A stretch of DNA of 60,000 bases from Lama glama. Taxonomy: Eukaryota. The DNA is taken from contig CM052832.1 in the NCBI GenBank assembly GCA_028534125.1, positions 8,806,001-8,866,000 on the forward strand, in the 5' to 3' direction. Positions 34,138 to 48,422 of the stretch are shown here, piece by piece (position 1 is the stretch's first letter; every line of letters begins with the position of its first letter). Under the pieces are notes generated by a model, which saw nothing but the letters and a program-made list of their open reading frames with translations, did not search any database and had not been told where the DNA came from. A program made the translations under genes and the position numbers.

Positions 34138-37100
34138 CTGCAGATGGGGACCGTGGGAGAGGCAGGGTCAGGGGGAGCTGCAGACACTGCCCTAACACAG
34201 GCCACCCATCACCCTGTGCACAGGAGGAGGAAAGGGGCTGTGTACACAAGAGGTGTCCAATAAGTGCAGATGAGAATGATCATGAGACCATAACTGCCAA
34301 GGGTCCATTGAGGAATGTTTACACTGTGTTGGGTACTCCGCAGGATATGAAGACGCAGTACCCTCCAGGACTCTAGTCTGGAGGGAGAGATAGGACAATT
34401 ACACAGGACATAGCAAAGCTCGTGCTAAATGAATGGTGTGGGCATTCAGTGCCTCTAGAGCACCAAAGAGGGAGGAAGCCCCAAGGGCTGAGGGTGGGGA
34501 GGGGCTGATGGCACATGGAGCAGCTCCCTAGAGGAAGAAGGCCTTGGACCTGCAGGACCAGATCATAGGAGGTCCTAATGCCAGACTGAGGAGCAGGGGA
34601 CATTGGCAAGCAACTCTCCCCACTATCTTCAGAATCCAGGACATTGAGCAAAGTTAAATCATGATCCACTGAGCTTCTTGGAAGGATTATGGCACTCACA
34701 CACCCACTGACGGTCAAGCATCAGAGATGGCTTTGATCCTCCTGTGGCAAAGGCCAGCTCTTCTGCGCTAAGTGAGAGGTGAGCCACATGGTCCTAGGTT
34801 CTCACCTGAATCCATTCCCCCTCCTGCACAGCTACAGTGCAGCTGTGGCCGGGAGCAGGGGGCACCCTCAGAGAAGGTGCCCCTGCAACGAACGGTGGAA
34901 TCATAGCCAAACAAAGGGGAGAGTGAGAAGCCGGTGCCGTGCAGCAGATGGGCTCGGGAGGCGGAGGGCAGGGCCAGGCAGGTGGCATGGTTACAGGGCA
35001 GAATAATAACACCCTGGGCTTTGTTCCTGGCCCGTGTGGACACCCTGCAGAGGCCTGGAGCTGCTGGGCCCGGAACACCAGCCACCATCAGGTGGGCAAT
35101 GGCACAGAGGAGGCCGTGCCACCCCTCCAGGGAGAATAAACAGGCCACCTGGGGCTGTTAGGTGAAGAAGCAGGCTCTGCCTCTGCCCAAATTAGGCCCA
35201 GCAAGGGCAGGAAGGAAGAGGCCAGTGGAGTCCCATTTTCCCCTCTGAAACCACTGGAGAATGATCTCAGCCCATAGAGCACCCTTCCAAGTCCCAGGGG
35301 TTGGGGAAGAAGAGTTGGTTCTTTAAGGCACAAGAACCAGTCTTCCATTAAGTCAGTGTCAAGATAAGTCCCAGATGCCCCAGGGCTGGGTCCAGAGGAG
35401 GGGCTGTCCCTGAATGTCTCACAACATTCGCAGAAGGGCCAGTCCAAAAGACACACGGAGCTGGAAGCAGCTCAGAGCACCTCCATTACTTCTCCCTGGA
35501 GTTCTGCCAGCTCTCTGCATAAGACAGTTCTCCAACATGCTGGGCTACCCCACCCACTGCACAAGTTAGCAAATCTGCCCCCAGTCACCCAGACAACAGC
35601 GCATAAGAGTGTGGTCCTACCCCCGCTGAGCAACTTGGTACAACCCCTTTGTAGTACAGATGAGTAAATTGAAGTCTAGAGAGATGAGGGGATTGGCCTG
35701 AGATCAAACAGCTAATCTGTGGCAGAGCCAGGACCATGACCCAGGGAGGCCAACTCAGAGCCCCATGCTCTTCCCAGCCATGCCCAGGACCTCAAAACCA
35801 ACCTCAGAAGTATCTGATCCCAGAATGGGTCTCACTCCCCTCGGCCAGGTAGAGAGGTAGACACGCCTTGTGCAGACAATGCCAGGCGCACACAGGCACT
35901 CAGTGAACACTGGCTGAACCGAGGTGACCTCAAAGGAAGTGTGGGGCAAGAGAAGGCAAACACGGAGGCGTCTGGAACACTTCCCGACCCCTGAGCTGAC
36001 ACAGATGGGCAGGCTCGGGCTGCAGCCCCACGGGCCTCTTTCAATGTGGATCACCAAAATCTTGGGACCCTCAATCCAGAACTACAGATGCTCATCGAAG
36101 AGAGAGATCACCTGTGTCAAAATTTGACGAACCCCTACTTCCCCTCTCAGCTTCTCCAGACCCAGCGGGGAGCCAGGAGTCTCATCCTCGCACAGGAGCC
36201 TTAGCCCAGGGTTTGTGATCAGACAGGTGCAACTCAATCCTGGCTGTCCTGCTCAGTGTGCCTGAACGTGGGTAAGAAACACACACTGTGCCCCAGCTTC
36301 CTCTGCCTCTTCCACGCAGCTGTCAGGAGTTGCGAACTAGGGAGCGCAGGTGAGGTGCCTTGGAACGGCTGACTCAGTGGGCAGCTCCCGTGATTGTGAC
36401 TGTTATCACCCTTCCTGCCCAAGGACTCAAAAGGCTCCCCCAATGCAAGGCCCAGCACCACTCCCAGACCCGGAGCTGCCACAGCAGAGAAGTTTAAAGG
36501 AATAAGCAGGTAGAGGGGTGGGTAGGATGGAGGGAAAGGAGCTGTGGGGTTGCAGGAACCACAGACCTCTTGCCACAGAATCCTGAGCTGGGAGAAGAGA
36601 TGGCATGACTCAGAGGGACCCCAGCTCAGCCCCCAGCATCCCATCCTGGAGCTGTGGCGAGATGCTGCATTCCCAGACTGCCACTCAGAGCCCCCTGCCC
36701 CTACGGACAGGGCCTGGGAAACATCAAAGCCAGCCCCGTGGGGCCCTATGTCCTGACGTAAGCTCACAGCAGGTCCTGGTTAGTGCTTGGCTGGGGCAGA
36801 CTTTAGATGTTACAAAAGGCAGGGAGGGCAGCCACCAGGACCCCTCCAAGACCCCAGCCCCTGCTCGGAGCCCCAACCCTGGCCACCAAGGCCTGGCCCA
36901 GTGCCGTGGCACCCAGGTTTACTGAGAAGACAGTGGGAGATGCGCCCAGTCTGGCCATCTGCATGGGCTGCAGGAGAGGTTGGTCTGTTGTTTTGTCCGC
37001 GGTGGGGTGGGGGGGTGACGGGAAGATCAAGGAGCCCCTGGCAGAAATGCCAGACTCCAGACGAGGAGGGGCTAGGAGGCAAGGAACTCTTCAGAAGCTT

Positions 37101-40100
37101 TAGCTGAATGACAGAGAAGGAGGAAGGCTTGGGGATAGGGTGGTACCTGCCTTGAGGTGGCATGGCCCCCAACACATCCCTGTCCCTGTATCACCTCTGA
37201 TGTGAGGATGCCCCCAGGGCTGGGGTCTGGCGGAGGCCCACTCTGGAAGCACACTGGTCCTGGTCTTCCCAAAGCTGCCCCGTTTCTCAGTCTGCCCTCC
37301 GTGTGTCATACCTTCTATACACAGGCCCTCACAGAACACGTGGCCCACGTGTCCCTCGAGGCAGCCGCTCAGTATACAGCAGCTTCCACGCTGCCCAGTG
37401 GTCCTCCTGCTCTGTGGCAAGGCCACCTTAGCTGGTCTCTTTGGACCCCTTCCTTTGCCATGAGACGAGGACCCCACCCCTACCACTCGGGCTGTGTGAA
37501 GCTAAGTGGGTTCACACGTGCAAATCCCAGAGCAAAGCCCGGAGCACATGGTGGGTTCAGGGTGCCCCCCGCCCCCACGACTGGCAGACAGAGCCATCTG
37601 CCCACACCAAGCACGATCCCAACAAAGCTGGAGCAGCAAATACCCAATAAGGACATTTTCCAAGCCATTTCCTTGGCTCCCCAACAGCCATCTATATGCA
37701 GACACTCACTCTGCCTGCGCCCTGGCCCCAGCTCCTTGAGAATGGGCTGTGTGGGCAGCGGCCCAACTCCTGCTCCCCACACCCCCCCCCAAAGCTCCTG
37801 GTCTGGTGCCCACCCTCCTTGCTGCTCTCTGGGCCCCAGGCCCAGTCGACCCATGTGTATAAACGTGTGCATGTGTGCACACACATATGTGTAAACATGA
37901 TTTTATGGAGCGCCGAGAGCAGCAGGAAGTTTTTCTGCTCTGAAGTAATTTTAGCTACTCTAGGCCAAGTACCCATCTGGGCTACTCAACAACCCATCTC
38001 GCGGGGGCTAGTCCTCTTGGTTGAGGAAAAACACCCCCTGGACCAGTACAGATCCCAGAACCTGACCAGGTGATTCCATCCACCTTCTCTCTCTCTTACT
38101 AAAGAAATTTCACCCTTTGGACAGCTGCCTGGGGACCAAGCCAAGGTACCAAGATGACCCTGGCTGGCTCTGGCACAGGCATTTTGCACAGGTATGTGTG
38201 GTCACGAGTGACTGTGACCCCTCCCATGCACCAGGCCAACCAGCCAGGGGCAGGAGGCTGACTCCTCCATGCCTAAGACTCAGTCCCTGGCTTCAGGGGC
38301 CATATTCCTAGGGGGATATCCTGCCTCCCAGGTGACCCTGAGAGCCCAGGCCAACGCGGCACCTACTAGGGCACATGGACTCCTGAGGGAGAGGTTTGCC
38401 AACTTCCTTCATCCTGCCTGGGGCAACACCATCAGGACATAGGCCAAGAGAAGTAGTCCTCAACCCAAGAGGCACAAATGCTCTGTTCCAGGAAATAGAG
38501 TGGTCCCCACGCCTTCTCACCCACACGAGGTCAGCCCTGCTACAAGTCCCCTCCACCTAGAAACTCTAAGGGCACCAAACGAAAGGTCCCAGGGGTCCCA
38601 AGGTCCCTGCCCCACATCACCTCCCCCAGGCGCCCTTAGCCTCCCGAGGTTTAACTGGCGCACTTTCAGCTGCTCTGGGGCGCTCCAAAGATCCATGGTC
38701 CGTAAGAATTGGTCTCTTTTTTGAGGAACAAATCTCGATCTCTGCAGGAGTAAGTCGCTTGGATGAACAGCAAGTCCAGTCATCCCCTGGTTTACCTGGG
38801 CTGGCAGAAACTCAGAATGCTACAGTGGGACTTGTGAGTCGAGGGGTCTGGAGTGGCCCCCTCAACTACCACCAGTCCACCACGAGTGTTCCACACGTGG
38901 TTCTAGCACCAACAAGCCTGTCTGAGGATAAGCCCAGAACGTGAGAGCTCAGAGGGCTGCTGAACATCGTCCACAGCTGACTCCGAGACCCAGAGGCAGA
39001 GCACAAAGTTCCATTCCCCTCCTGTGTCCCCAGTGTTCACAAAAGGCCCCGGACTTTCTGCCAGGAGCCCCGCAGCCCACCACAAGCCATCATGGCCCTG
39101 GCTCAGAGCTGTGAAGGAGGGCGCAGAGCCAGCAAACCAGCTGAGTTTTCCTGCCCTGGGATTTAACTGTAAATATCTGGAGAGGCTCCCACATCCGGAT
39201 TAGAGAAACAAAACAAAATCACCAGGGATTAGGGCCGAAACAACCTAGCAGGCCAGCTCTTCCACCTTAGATGAAAACCACAACTTGGCCCTGCCCTGCC
39301 CGCTCCTGGGAGGCCCTGGAGGGGGCAGATCAACCTCTAATGGCAGCAGTGGGTCCTCGTGGCCAGTATCACATGGCATCCGAGCCCAGAGGGGCAAACA
39401 AACCGCTCGGAGGTGTGGTTTAAGAAGCTCCTCAGCCAGCAGCCAGCAGCCACACCACCTGACCCTGGAACCAGCCTGTCTTCTGCTGGGGCTCAGAGGG
39501 CCATACCATGCCCAGGACACGTCTCTCACCCTTAAATGGCTACGATGTCTCCAATGAAGCAGCAACGAATTATAAACCCAGCCAGAGTGAGGCAGTGTGA
39601 TCAGGCAAAAGGAGCTTGGGGTAGAGAGACCTGGTTTCCAGTCTTAACACAACCTATAACAAGTAGGGTGACCCTAACTAAACACCACCCCGCTGCCAGG
39701 CACTAAATTAGAGCACTGAGGGTATGTGGCTGAATAGTCACCAAGACCTAGCCCCGAATTCGCTGCGATGAGCCTCAGAGGCAGTTTCAGAAACAAAGGG
39801 CTCGCTCCCCAGAGTCCTCTCCCTGTCCCCCAGCCTCCAGCCACACAGCCAGCTCCTAGAGTCCACGCACCACATGGAGGGCCAGGTTGGGAGGGATTAA
39901 GAATGATGCTATAAATGGCAGGTGTGCGGTTAGAGGCAGCTGGGGTTGCAAACTGGGACCTGGCATCACTGCTGACAAGCTGCTCCCGTTCCCGAGGCTC
40001 AGCTTGCATCCTGCCTCCCAGGAGATCCCGCTTCTGCCTTGGCCACACACTTGCACTGATAGCTCACTGCCTGCGACACTCCTGATATTCACGCCTGTGC

Positions 40101-41252
40101 TGTGACTGAGAGCAGTTCCTCCTAAGCCAGACAGTAAACTCAAGGGGAGGGGAAACGTGCATGCACAACCTGGTACGCTGCGCCCCTCCAGAGTGCCTGG
40201 GCCACGGGATGAACACCCCAGAAGCATTTGTGGGGGGACAAAGGACCTGAAATCTTGTCCTACCTCTACCTTTATCCAATCTTAGCCAATTTAATTTTCC
40301 TCTCTGGGCCTCAGTTTCCTCATGGGATTTTAGTGATTCTTTTCAGGTCCCTAAAATATTCAAATTAAATCCACATTAGGTATAGATACACAAAAGTTGG
40401 CATATTTTTCACAGAAGTAAAAACCCCCAGAAGTTCTAGGGAGCTGTGGACCCCAAATGAAAATGTTCTGGGTAAGGTGATCCCTGGGGAGTCCAAAGTC
40501 CTGGTGAATGGAAGGAGGGGGGCGGCTGGAACAGAACCACGAGGAGGAAGCAGGCGTTCTTTGCACCCTCTATGCCCATTCTCAGCCCCAAGGAGAGAGA
40601 GAAAGACAGCAGCCAGCTGTCCTGAAGACGCCAGTGAGGGGCCCACGGAAATAATATACATTGCAGGGAAGGCAATGGGGCTGCTGGACCAAGAGCCTGG
40701 GAAGTGAGCCAGGAGCTCAAGCCCAGGAAGTTCTCAAGGATGCTCAGCTGGTGTGCTCCGGGACCACAGAGGGGACAAAGAATCCGCCCTCACCACCCAG
40801 AGAAGATGGAAAGGGACTCGCTGCAGGCCCAGACCCGGGGCCCAACCAGGTCTGACTCCCAGCTGCAGCAGGGAGGAGCTCTGGGGGACCACAGCGAGAA
40901 AGGCGCTGGGGTGAACCTGGAAGTGAGCTTCCACGGTCCTTCCTATGGAAGCAGAGGGCAAACTGACAGCCTGAGGATCACTGGGAGTGACTGGACCGAG
41001 ACTTTGTCCACTGATTTTCAAAACAGGCTCAGAAAACTCTGACAGACTCCATTTTCTGCTTTCTTTTTACCCATCTCTAAGGCAGTAAGCACACACCACA
41101 CAGCCAGCCAGAGTGGCCTCCGCATTTCACTCCAAGTTCCCTGTTGTAGGGGGAGACATGATTCCCTGCCCTTTAGGTGGGGTGGTCTCAACTCCACTCA
41201 AGGAGGAAAGTCCTCTCTGGCTCCTGAAGGAGTCAAAATCTCTTCCACCCAC

Positions 41253-41435
41253 TCTGTCCAAATGGCAGCCACCAGCCACCTGGGGCTATTCAAATGCAAC
41301 TTAATTAAAATGAAAATTCATTTCCTTGGTCACACTAGGAAGTACCTGGGAGCTGCCTGTGGCTAGGCAGCCACCATACTGAATAGCACAGACATAGAAG
41401 AATTCAGTTCCTGTACGTTCCATCAGTCAGCACTG
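41253..41435 (-). mobile_element. MER3-like hAT MITE
   Basis: CTGTCCAAATGGCAGCCACCAGCCAC..GGCTATT..TTAATTAAAAT..GTGGCTAG..AGCACAGACATAGAA. Confidence 0.65.
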
Positions 41436-43573
41436 CCTTAGCTCCTCTGACTGTCTGCTTCTTGCCGGCCCTCATCACAAAGACACATCATTTCTCATCC
41501 AAAGAACCCTCCACGTGGTTCAGCCTCATTGCACAGAGGAGGAGACTGGGGTCAAAGCTGTCCCCATAAATGGTGGGGCCGTTCCCCTGGATCTGTCTGG
41601 CTCCCATGACTGTGTTCTTCCCACGCTGGCTACTCTTCATTTCTTTTACTTTATTTCCTTTTATCCAAATCCCCCTCAACCACCATTCTGTCCTGTTTAA
41701 TGTAAACCCTCCCTTTGTCCGTACTCTGCTCCAATGTGTTGTTGTTTCACGGGGGCCTATTTTGAACCCCTACAAACGGTCTTGCATCGTCTCTCACTCT
41801 GCTTCTCACTTTATTTCATTTAGCACTACGTTTTGAAACGCCTTTCTGATGGGCATCACCTACATCCTGCCTTTCTCCCCAGCAGAGGAACATACCGTTG
41901 GGCCTGGGGAGGGAGATGAAAATGAAATTTTTTTAAACAAGTAAGTAGCTGAACATAGCTGCCCACAGTTTAAAAATCACTCTTTGAGTCTATACCCTCC
42001 TCTCCATGTACCCCCGGCACCCTGCCTAGGCCTCTATCCCTGCACCCAGCCCCGCTCTGTTTGCCCCACACATCTGGGTACCATCAGGGCCAGGGAAACA
42101 CACATGCAGGCGCACCCGTGCACATGCACACAAACACCAGCTTCTCCTGTGCCCCTTCCCCCTCCCCACAAACCCAAAAAGTGACTAAAGAGACTGGCCC
42201 TCAGCTGGTTTCAAAGGGTAAGAGAAAGAGGCGGTCTCATACTTTTATATTTAGACGTGCTCTGCAAACCACTTCCCGGAGCAGACAAGAGTGGGGAATG
42301 TGAGGAAATCGCTCTGCTATGTGTGATGTGGAAAGCACGAGCCATACAGGGCCTGCAGCAATGGGCTGCATTTGCCACACACTTGATGACACGTGGCGAT
42401 GCCCGACACACGTGCAGGAGACGCACGCGGCCCTCGGCAGCCTGGCCATCCCCTCCGGGGCCAGGGGCAAGGCAGGCCCAGAAGTTGAAGCTGGGCCCTG
42501 TCCTCCAAGCACCCCTCCCCCAGCCTTCCTTTCTTCCGCTCCCCATCTGTCTGACCAACAGCTGCTTCTGGAAACCCACCCTTCTCTCCAGGGAAGGGGA
42601 TGCTCCAGGCTTTAAGCCTCAATCCGAAACACAAAGAGAAGAATCCAAACTGAGGGAGGAGGCTGGGAAGAGCCGCTGGCTTGAAGAGGCAAGGGTGCCC
42701 TCCTGGCATCTAGGCTGCCAGGGAGAGGAGTGGGGGGCTGCCTACTTCCGAAGACAGATCTGCTTCTGCCATCAAAAGCCCTCCTCTCAGCCCCAGCTGC
42801 TACCCCGCGTGGTTGGGAAAAAGGAGGGGGAAGCTCTCCTGTGGTGGTCAACCACTGCGGCCACGACCACAGCTCCAACATTACCCAGACGAAACGGAGT
42901 CTGGCCCAGTTAGGTGGGGTGGTCGGGAAACAGTGGGGAGGGGAAGGCAGGCCAGCTGCTTAATTAGAGTCAAAGCATCAGACACTTCTGGACTCCTTAT
43001 AAACTTCACTTTACGGCTTCAAATATAAACTCTCCAACAAGGCAAAACTAATTGTATTGTTTTATTTCTTAACTGTATTACTGATGATTTGTTCCTTTAT
43101 TTTTTCAGGACAATAACCAAAAAAAGAGTCAATTTTGAAAAATCAGCTGTTTCGAAAAAGCATTTTGGCTAAAGATGGCAAAATGTGTATTTCAATCTCC
43201 AAATCAATAACAACAGCTGAAAAAAATACAAACTGATGAATAATGGGACAGAAACAATTCCTTGTAAGTTATTTTTAAAAGCACCAAAAACTTGCAACTC
43301 ATTACCAGATGCTTAAAGCCTAGGGATTGCTGACTTTCGGGGGGGGGGGCAGTGCTTTAAAACATAAAGCACACACACAGAAAATAACTGAAGGGAAAAA
43401 AAAAAAGAGTGGCTGATGCAATAACCGAATAGCCAAAAAAATGACAAAGACTTAAAGTTTATTTTATGTCTACTCTGTCGATCTTTAAGGCACCAAGATC
43501 TGGCTTCACTTAAGTCTGGAACTGGCTGTCCCTCCATCCCAGGAGGTGCCTCTTACAGGCCTCTAAAGTCACG

Positions 43574-43860
43574 CAGAGAAAGAGAGAGAAGCAGACACTG
43601 ACGAAGAGAGACAGATGGAGACAGAAAGATGAAATAAAGGGGCTGGAGATTGACAGAGAGCAAAAAAGGGAGAGAGAGAAGGGGGGGGCAGGGAGAGGGA
43701 AGGAGGGAGAGACAAAAGAGGGAGAGAGACAAAGAGAGACCCAGATCCAGACAGAGGGGGACAGTGACCAGATCAACAGGTAGAGGGACACGGACAGAGA
43801 CAAACTGAGAGACAGAGTCACAGAAAGACCCAGAGAAAGAGACAAGAAAAACAAAAGACA
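43574..43860. repeat. GA-rich low-complexity tract
   Basis: Degenerate GAGA/GACAGA repeats, strongly purine-biased. Confidence 0.8.
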
Positions 43861-44914
43861 CAGAGCACACAAATGTGCACACAGAAGCACACATAGGGCT
43901 CCCTACGCCTGTAAAGCAAGGCCCCAGCCTCACATTTACCCCAGCTTCCCTCCTGCCAAGGAAACCCCCACAGGGCTGTCCCTGTGTCTCCAGTAGGTTG
44001 GTCCCCACCACCCACTCCTGCTACCCTCCCCAGTGGCCACAGGGACTTCAAACTCAGAGTCCCTGGCTACAGGCCACAGGGTTACCCAGTGTAACATTGG
44101 ACCCAAAAGGTTACAGCTGATCTGTATCTGGGAGACCAGGGAGTGAGAGGAGACGGGAGGGGGCTCTAGCTATACCTGATTCAGACCACTTATAATGGAG
44201 AGCCCTCAAATTAGAGGCTCCTGGTAAATAATTCACCGGGAAAAGCAGAGTACCTTCCTCAGGCTCATCTATTATTCACCAAGATAAATGTACCGTATTG
44301 TTACACTTCCTGACATCAAAAAATGGTCGGAGCCATTAGGCCAGGAGCAAGAAGATAGCGGGGCATTTTCCACCCAACTTTTCCAGAACTCCTGACCCAG
44401 CAGTCCTGCTGCTCTTGGAACTCAGTCTGCTGTTCCTCACCCAAGGGCAAAGAATTCATCTTCCAGAAAGGGCCAAACTGGGCTCAGACCAGGAGATCCC
44501 GAAAGCAGGCCTCCACACAGCCCTCAAGAGCCCGGTGCCAGAAGGTCAGAGCTGTGCCCAGGAAATTCCTGGGTTAAGACCAGCCCCTCCCAGTTTACCA
44601 GACCCCAGAGATTTGGGCCCTCTCAAAGGGAAGAGGCAAGCACTATTTCCATCTGTCTGAGGGCACTTCTGTTCCCGGTTCAGAGAGCCTGACTGTGATA
44701 CCACATGAGTGTCACTACTAAGTGCAGAAAGACCTGCATATGACTCGTGTTGATGGCTCTGAGCAAGTCAGTCTGTTCTTCAGGCCTCAGTTCCCCCATC
44801 TGTAAAACCAGCTGCTCCTTCCCCTGATGAAGTGCCCTCTGGAAAGTCTTAAGAGATGCACCACTTTAAGACTCCAGCCCACAGTGTACAGATCGGATGG
44901 AGATGGGGCAAGAG

Positions 44915-45140
44915 CTCAGCGTCTGGAGTCAGACTGTCTGCACTTCAATTCTCCTCTCCCACTTATCGAGTATATGACCTTGGGGCAAGCTGTTTATCCT
45001 CTCAGTGTCTCCATTTTCTGTAGCTATAAAATGGTGCTAATAACAGTATCTACCTTCTAGGCTTGTGAAAAGTAAATTCACATGGTAACCAACGCAGCCT
45101 GTTTGGAACAGTGCCTGGCACGTATTAAGTATCATGTGAG
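44915..45140 (+). mobile_element. MIR SINE
   Basis: TCTGGAGTCAGACTG..TGACCTTGGGGCAAG..TAAAATGG..GAACAGTGCCTGGCAC. Confidence 0.7.
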
Positions 45141-45729
45141 TTTGGGCTCTTAGCCATGATTTCTTGTCATTATTATGTTCAAGATTTTTTAAAAAAATCT
45201 TTTAGGAACACCATCCCATCACAACCATCTCTTACCCCGCACAGGCCTCTGTTGGCATTCCTCTCATGCAGACCATTTGGAGCTGCCAGGTGCCCTGTCT
45301 AACATGCCACCCACCCAATATCCGCTATCTGGACATTGAGGTTTTCTCTGAACAGACCCTGAGGTCTCAAACTTGGCCCCACGGCTGCCTGACGGAGCCT
45401 CGGAGCCAGGAGGTCACGGCACACACAGTGCAGGGCTCCGCTGGGAAGCTGCTGACTGCGGGGAACTTCACACTCTGTTGCCTGTGGCCCTGGGAACCTC
45501 CAGGCAGTGCCCAGGTTAACAGCACCTTCAACATGAAGAAGAATCAGAGTGAGTCTGTCTGGGCAGAAATGGACCCAGACCACTCTGGAATGAGGCAGGC
45601 CTCTGGCCTCAAGGGACACAACTGTAGTTCGGTGAGGACAGCACAGCCGATGCTCAGGCATCAACTAATGCCTGGAGACAACTCTCAGCTTCAGCTTTCT
45701 GATGCTGTAAGGCCCCAAGGACAACGAGA

Positions 45730-46200
45730 GGGGACTGGAAAATTCCTTGCTTTGTAAAGGAAAACATCTGACTACATAAAGTAGAAACTGTAAACAAGTC
45801 TCAAAGGCAAACAACGAATTAGGAAAATTATTTCTAGCAATTGACAGAAAAGGGGTTGCTGGCCTTGATGCACAGTTACAATCAACCACAACAGCGACTA
45901 AGATTCGAATAGTGATGTGGTCAAAACAACAGGAAGAGTTCTCAAAACAAATGTACATGATTAATAAATATAAGAAAACACTCCAACGCACCAGTAACCT
46001 GATGAATGCAAATGAGAACATAGATGCAAATAAGAAATGCAAATTATTCCACCCTCCCAAATGAATGCCAAGTTCTTTAAATAACACTCAATACTGGTTG
46101 AGTGCATGGAGAAAATGGTCCTCATGCTTTGCTGATGGAAGTGTAAATTATATTAATTCCCTTCTGGAAAGTGGTTTGGTAATATTGTACTGATATCCTA
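45730..46200 (+). mobile_element. Ancient L1M ORF2 fragment
   Basis: A-rich; AATGCAAATTA..GCTGATGGAAGTGTAAATT..TTCTGGAAAGTGGTTTGG resembles L1 ORF2 3' end. Confidence 0.55.
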
Positions 46201-47289
46201 AAAAAGTGGTGCCCTTCCTCCTTGGAGAAGTACTTGACTCCAGGTCTGGGGCAGGAGATGTGCAGGGTGAACCTGGAACATATTCTCGTTGAAAGAAATG
46301 AGCAAGATGAAAAGGGTCACATCAAAAGGTTCAGAGCCAGCTTGACGAGGCTTCCAACAGACAAAGAAGGGACCATTTAAGCACTCAACAGGGTAAGGAC
46401 TACATGGCCTTAACAAATTGGGTAAGTTTTAAATCCATGAGTTCATAATAAGTGTTTTAAAAAAAAAAAAGTCCAAAGCCCTCCACTGGCCACCTCTGAA
46501 GGATGCTAGAAAACCAAGTCACTATTTTTAAAACTGGTCAAGAAGCATTTACTTTCCCTTTCTTGAATAGCTATACCTCAGGGTGAACCAACGGTTAATG
46601 AGGAGAGGTTTATCTTTACAGACGTCTCCAGGTGATAAACACAATTTCACCATTTTACAAACCCTAATGAAATAATGCATCTAGCAATGATTACTGATGG
46701 CTGCTAATTCCAGAGAGACAACCAGATGTTATGTGCCTACTGATGAAAGTATACATGAAAAAAAAAATCAAATCTGAACATGACGAAGCCTCTAGATCTA
46801 CGTTTTACTATTAGAACAAATTTGGAAAACAAAGATCCAACTAGTTCACTGTGAATGCACATTCTCTGTATCCTCTTTTGCTCCCACAAACGGTTATTAA
46901 GACCTAATATTGCTATTGTTAACATTTCATGGGCTTCAACTCTCTTCCCCACCAGATTCTCAGCTCCATGAGGACAGGAGCTGGTCTTCACTCTTTCATC
47001 CCTTCACTGCGGATGCCTGGCCCATTGGAGGTGCTCAGGAAACACCAGCTGATCCGGCCCCTGTGTGATGTGGAACCAGCAGAGGGTCAAAGCCCAATAT
47101 GGGATCCTGGTAGACAATTATATTAATTATTATCATTAATTCAACAAACATTTATTTAGCACCTACCATGCACCAAGTACTCTGCAAGACACTGGGGACC
47201 GTGAGAGAAAAACACAATTACTGCCTTTAAGTATCTCCATTTAGTAGGGGAGTCAGAGAAGTAAACATGTAATTATTACAAAAGCGAAT

Positions 47290-47490
47290 GCTTACTGACC
47301 ACTTATATTTGCCAGGCACTGTTCCAAGAGCTTTAGCCACATAAGCTTGTTAATGCTTATGACCCAGTTAGGTACTGTGATCCCCATTATGCAGATGAGG
47401 AAACTGAGGCACAGAGAGGCAATGTCACATGCCCAAGGTCACACAGCTAGTAAGTGACAAATGCAGGATTCAATTCTCTGGTCGTATGGC
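47290..47490 (-). mobile_element. MIR SINE
   Basis: GCCAGGCACTGTT..CCCATT..CAGATGAGGAAACTGAGGCACAGAGAGG..GCCCAAGGTCACACAGCTAGTAAGTG. Confidence 0.8.
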
Positions 47491-47969
47491 TCCAGAGGAA
47501 AGCCTCCCGTAATCACTAGGCTTTACCGCATCATCACACAGTGTGGTGGGCGGGTGCACAAGACAAGCTTTTAACTCAGAGTTGGGGTATAAGGGGGTGG
47601 GGAAGAATCCTGGAAAAAGGCCCTTCAAAATAAGGTTTTCAGAAGGAATTGGGGCTTGGCAAGACAGAAGCACAAAGACAAAGCATGAACTCGGGGAAAT
47701 TTAGGATGCTCAGAGTTTAAGGGATGATGAGGGGGTACACGGCAAAAGGCCGCTGGAACACTGTTTGTGGGGAGTGGAGGAAGCAGAGGAGGTGAAACAC
47801 AAATTTACCTGGTTCAGGCTATCCCCTGACCAAAAAATCACCAAAACAGGGAGTCCGTGTTTCCAAGGAGGTGGCTGTCAGGGTAGACAGTGGACTGAAG
47901 AAGCTCTTTGTCAGGCAGACAGCAGCAGGCGCACACACAGAAGGCGTGACTACAGGATAGCGCCATACC

Positions 47970-48422
47970 TGTTATATTTGGTTCTTGGGGCGGCCGGAAC
48001 AAATCACCACAGCTGGGTGCCTTAAAACAACGGAAGCTTATTCTCTCACAGTTCTGGAAGCCAGAAGTGCAAAATCAAGGTGTTGGCAAGCTTGGTTCCT
48101 TCTGGAAGCTCCAGGAAGAGTCTGTTTCGCACTCTCTCCCCGCTTCTGGTGGCTGCTGGCAATCCTTGGCGTCCCTTGGCTTGTTGCATCTCTCCAGTCT
48201 CTGCCTCCACACCACATGGCCGTCTTCGCTGTGAGTGTCTGTGTCTCTTCTCTTCTTGTAAGGACACCGCCAGTCATGCAGGATTAGAGCCCACCCCAAT
48301 TAGGCTTCTCTTAACTCGATTACATCTGCAAAGACCCTATTTCCAAATAAGGTCATGTTTACAGGTCCTGGGAGTTAGGACTTGAACATATCCTTTTAGG
48401 AGACACCCTTCAACTCATGCCA
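47970..48422 (-). mobile_element. MaLR solo LTR (MLT1-type)
   Basis: Hallmarks AAATCACCACA..CTTAAAACAAC..ATTCTCTCACAGTTCTGGA..AATCAAGGTGTTGGCA..TACATCTGCAAAGACCCTATTTCCAAATAAGGTCA. Confidence 0.85.

Noticed and set aside
37157..37894. 245-aa intronic ORF (likewise 31298-32005 and 42257-42913)
   Set aside because: GC-rich intron shadows, antisense to PTK7, with no domain features or supporting exon structure
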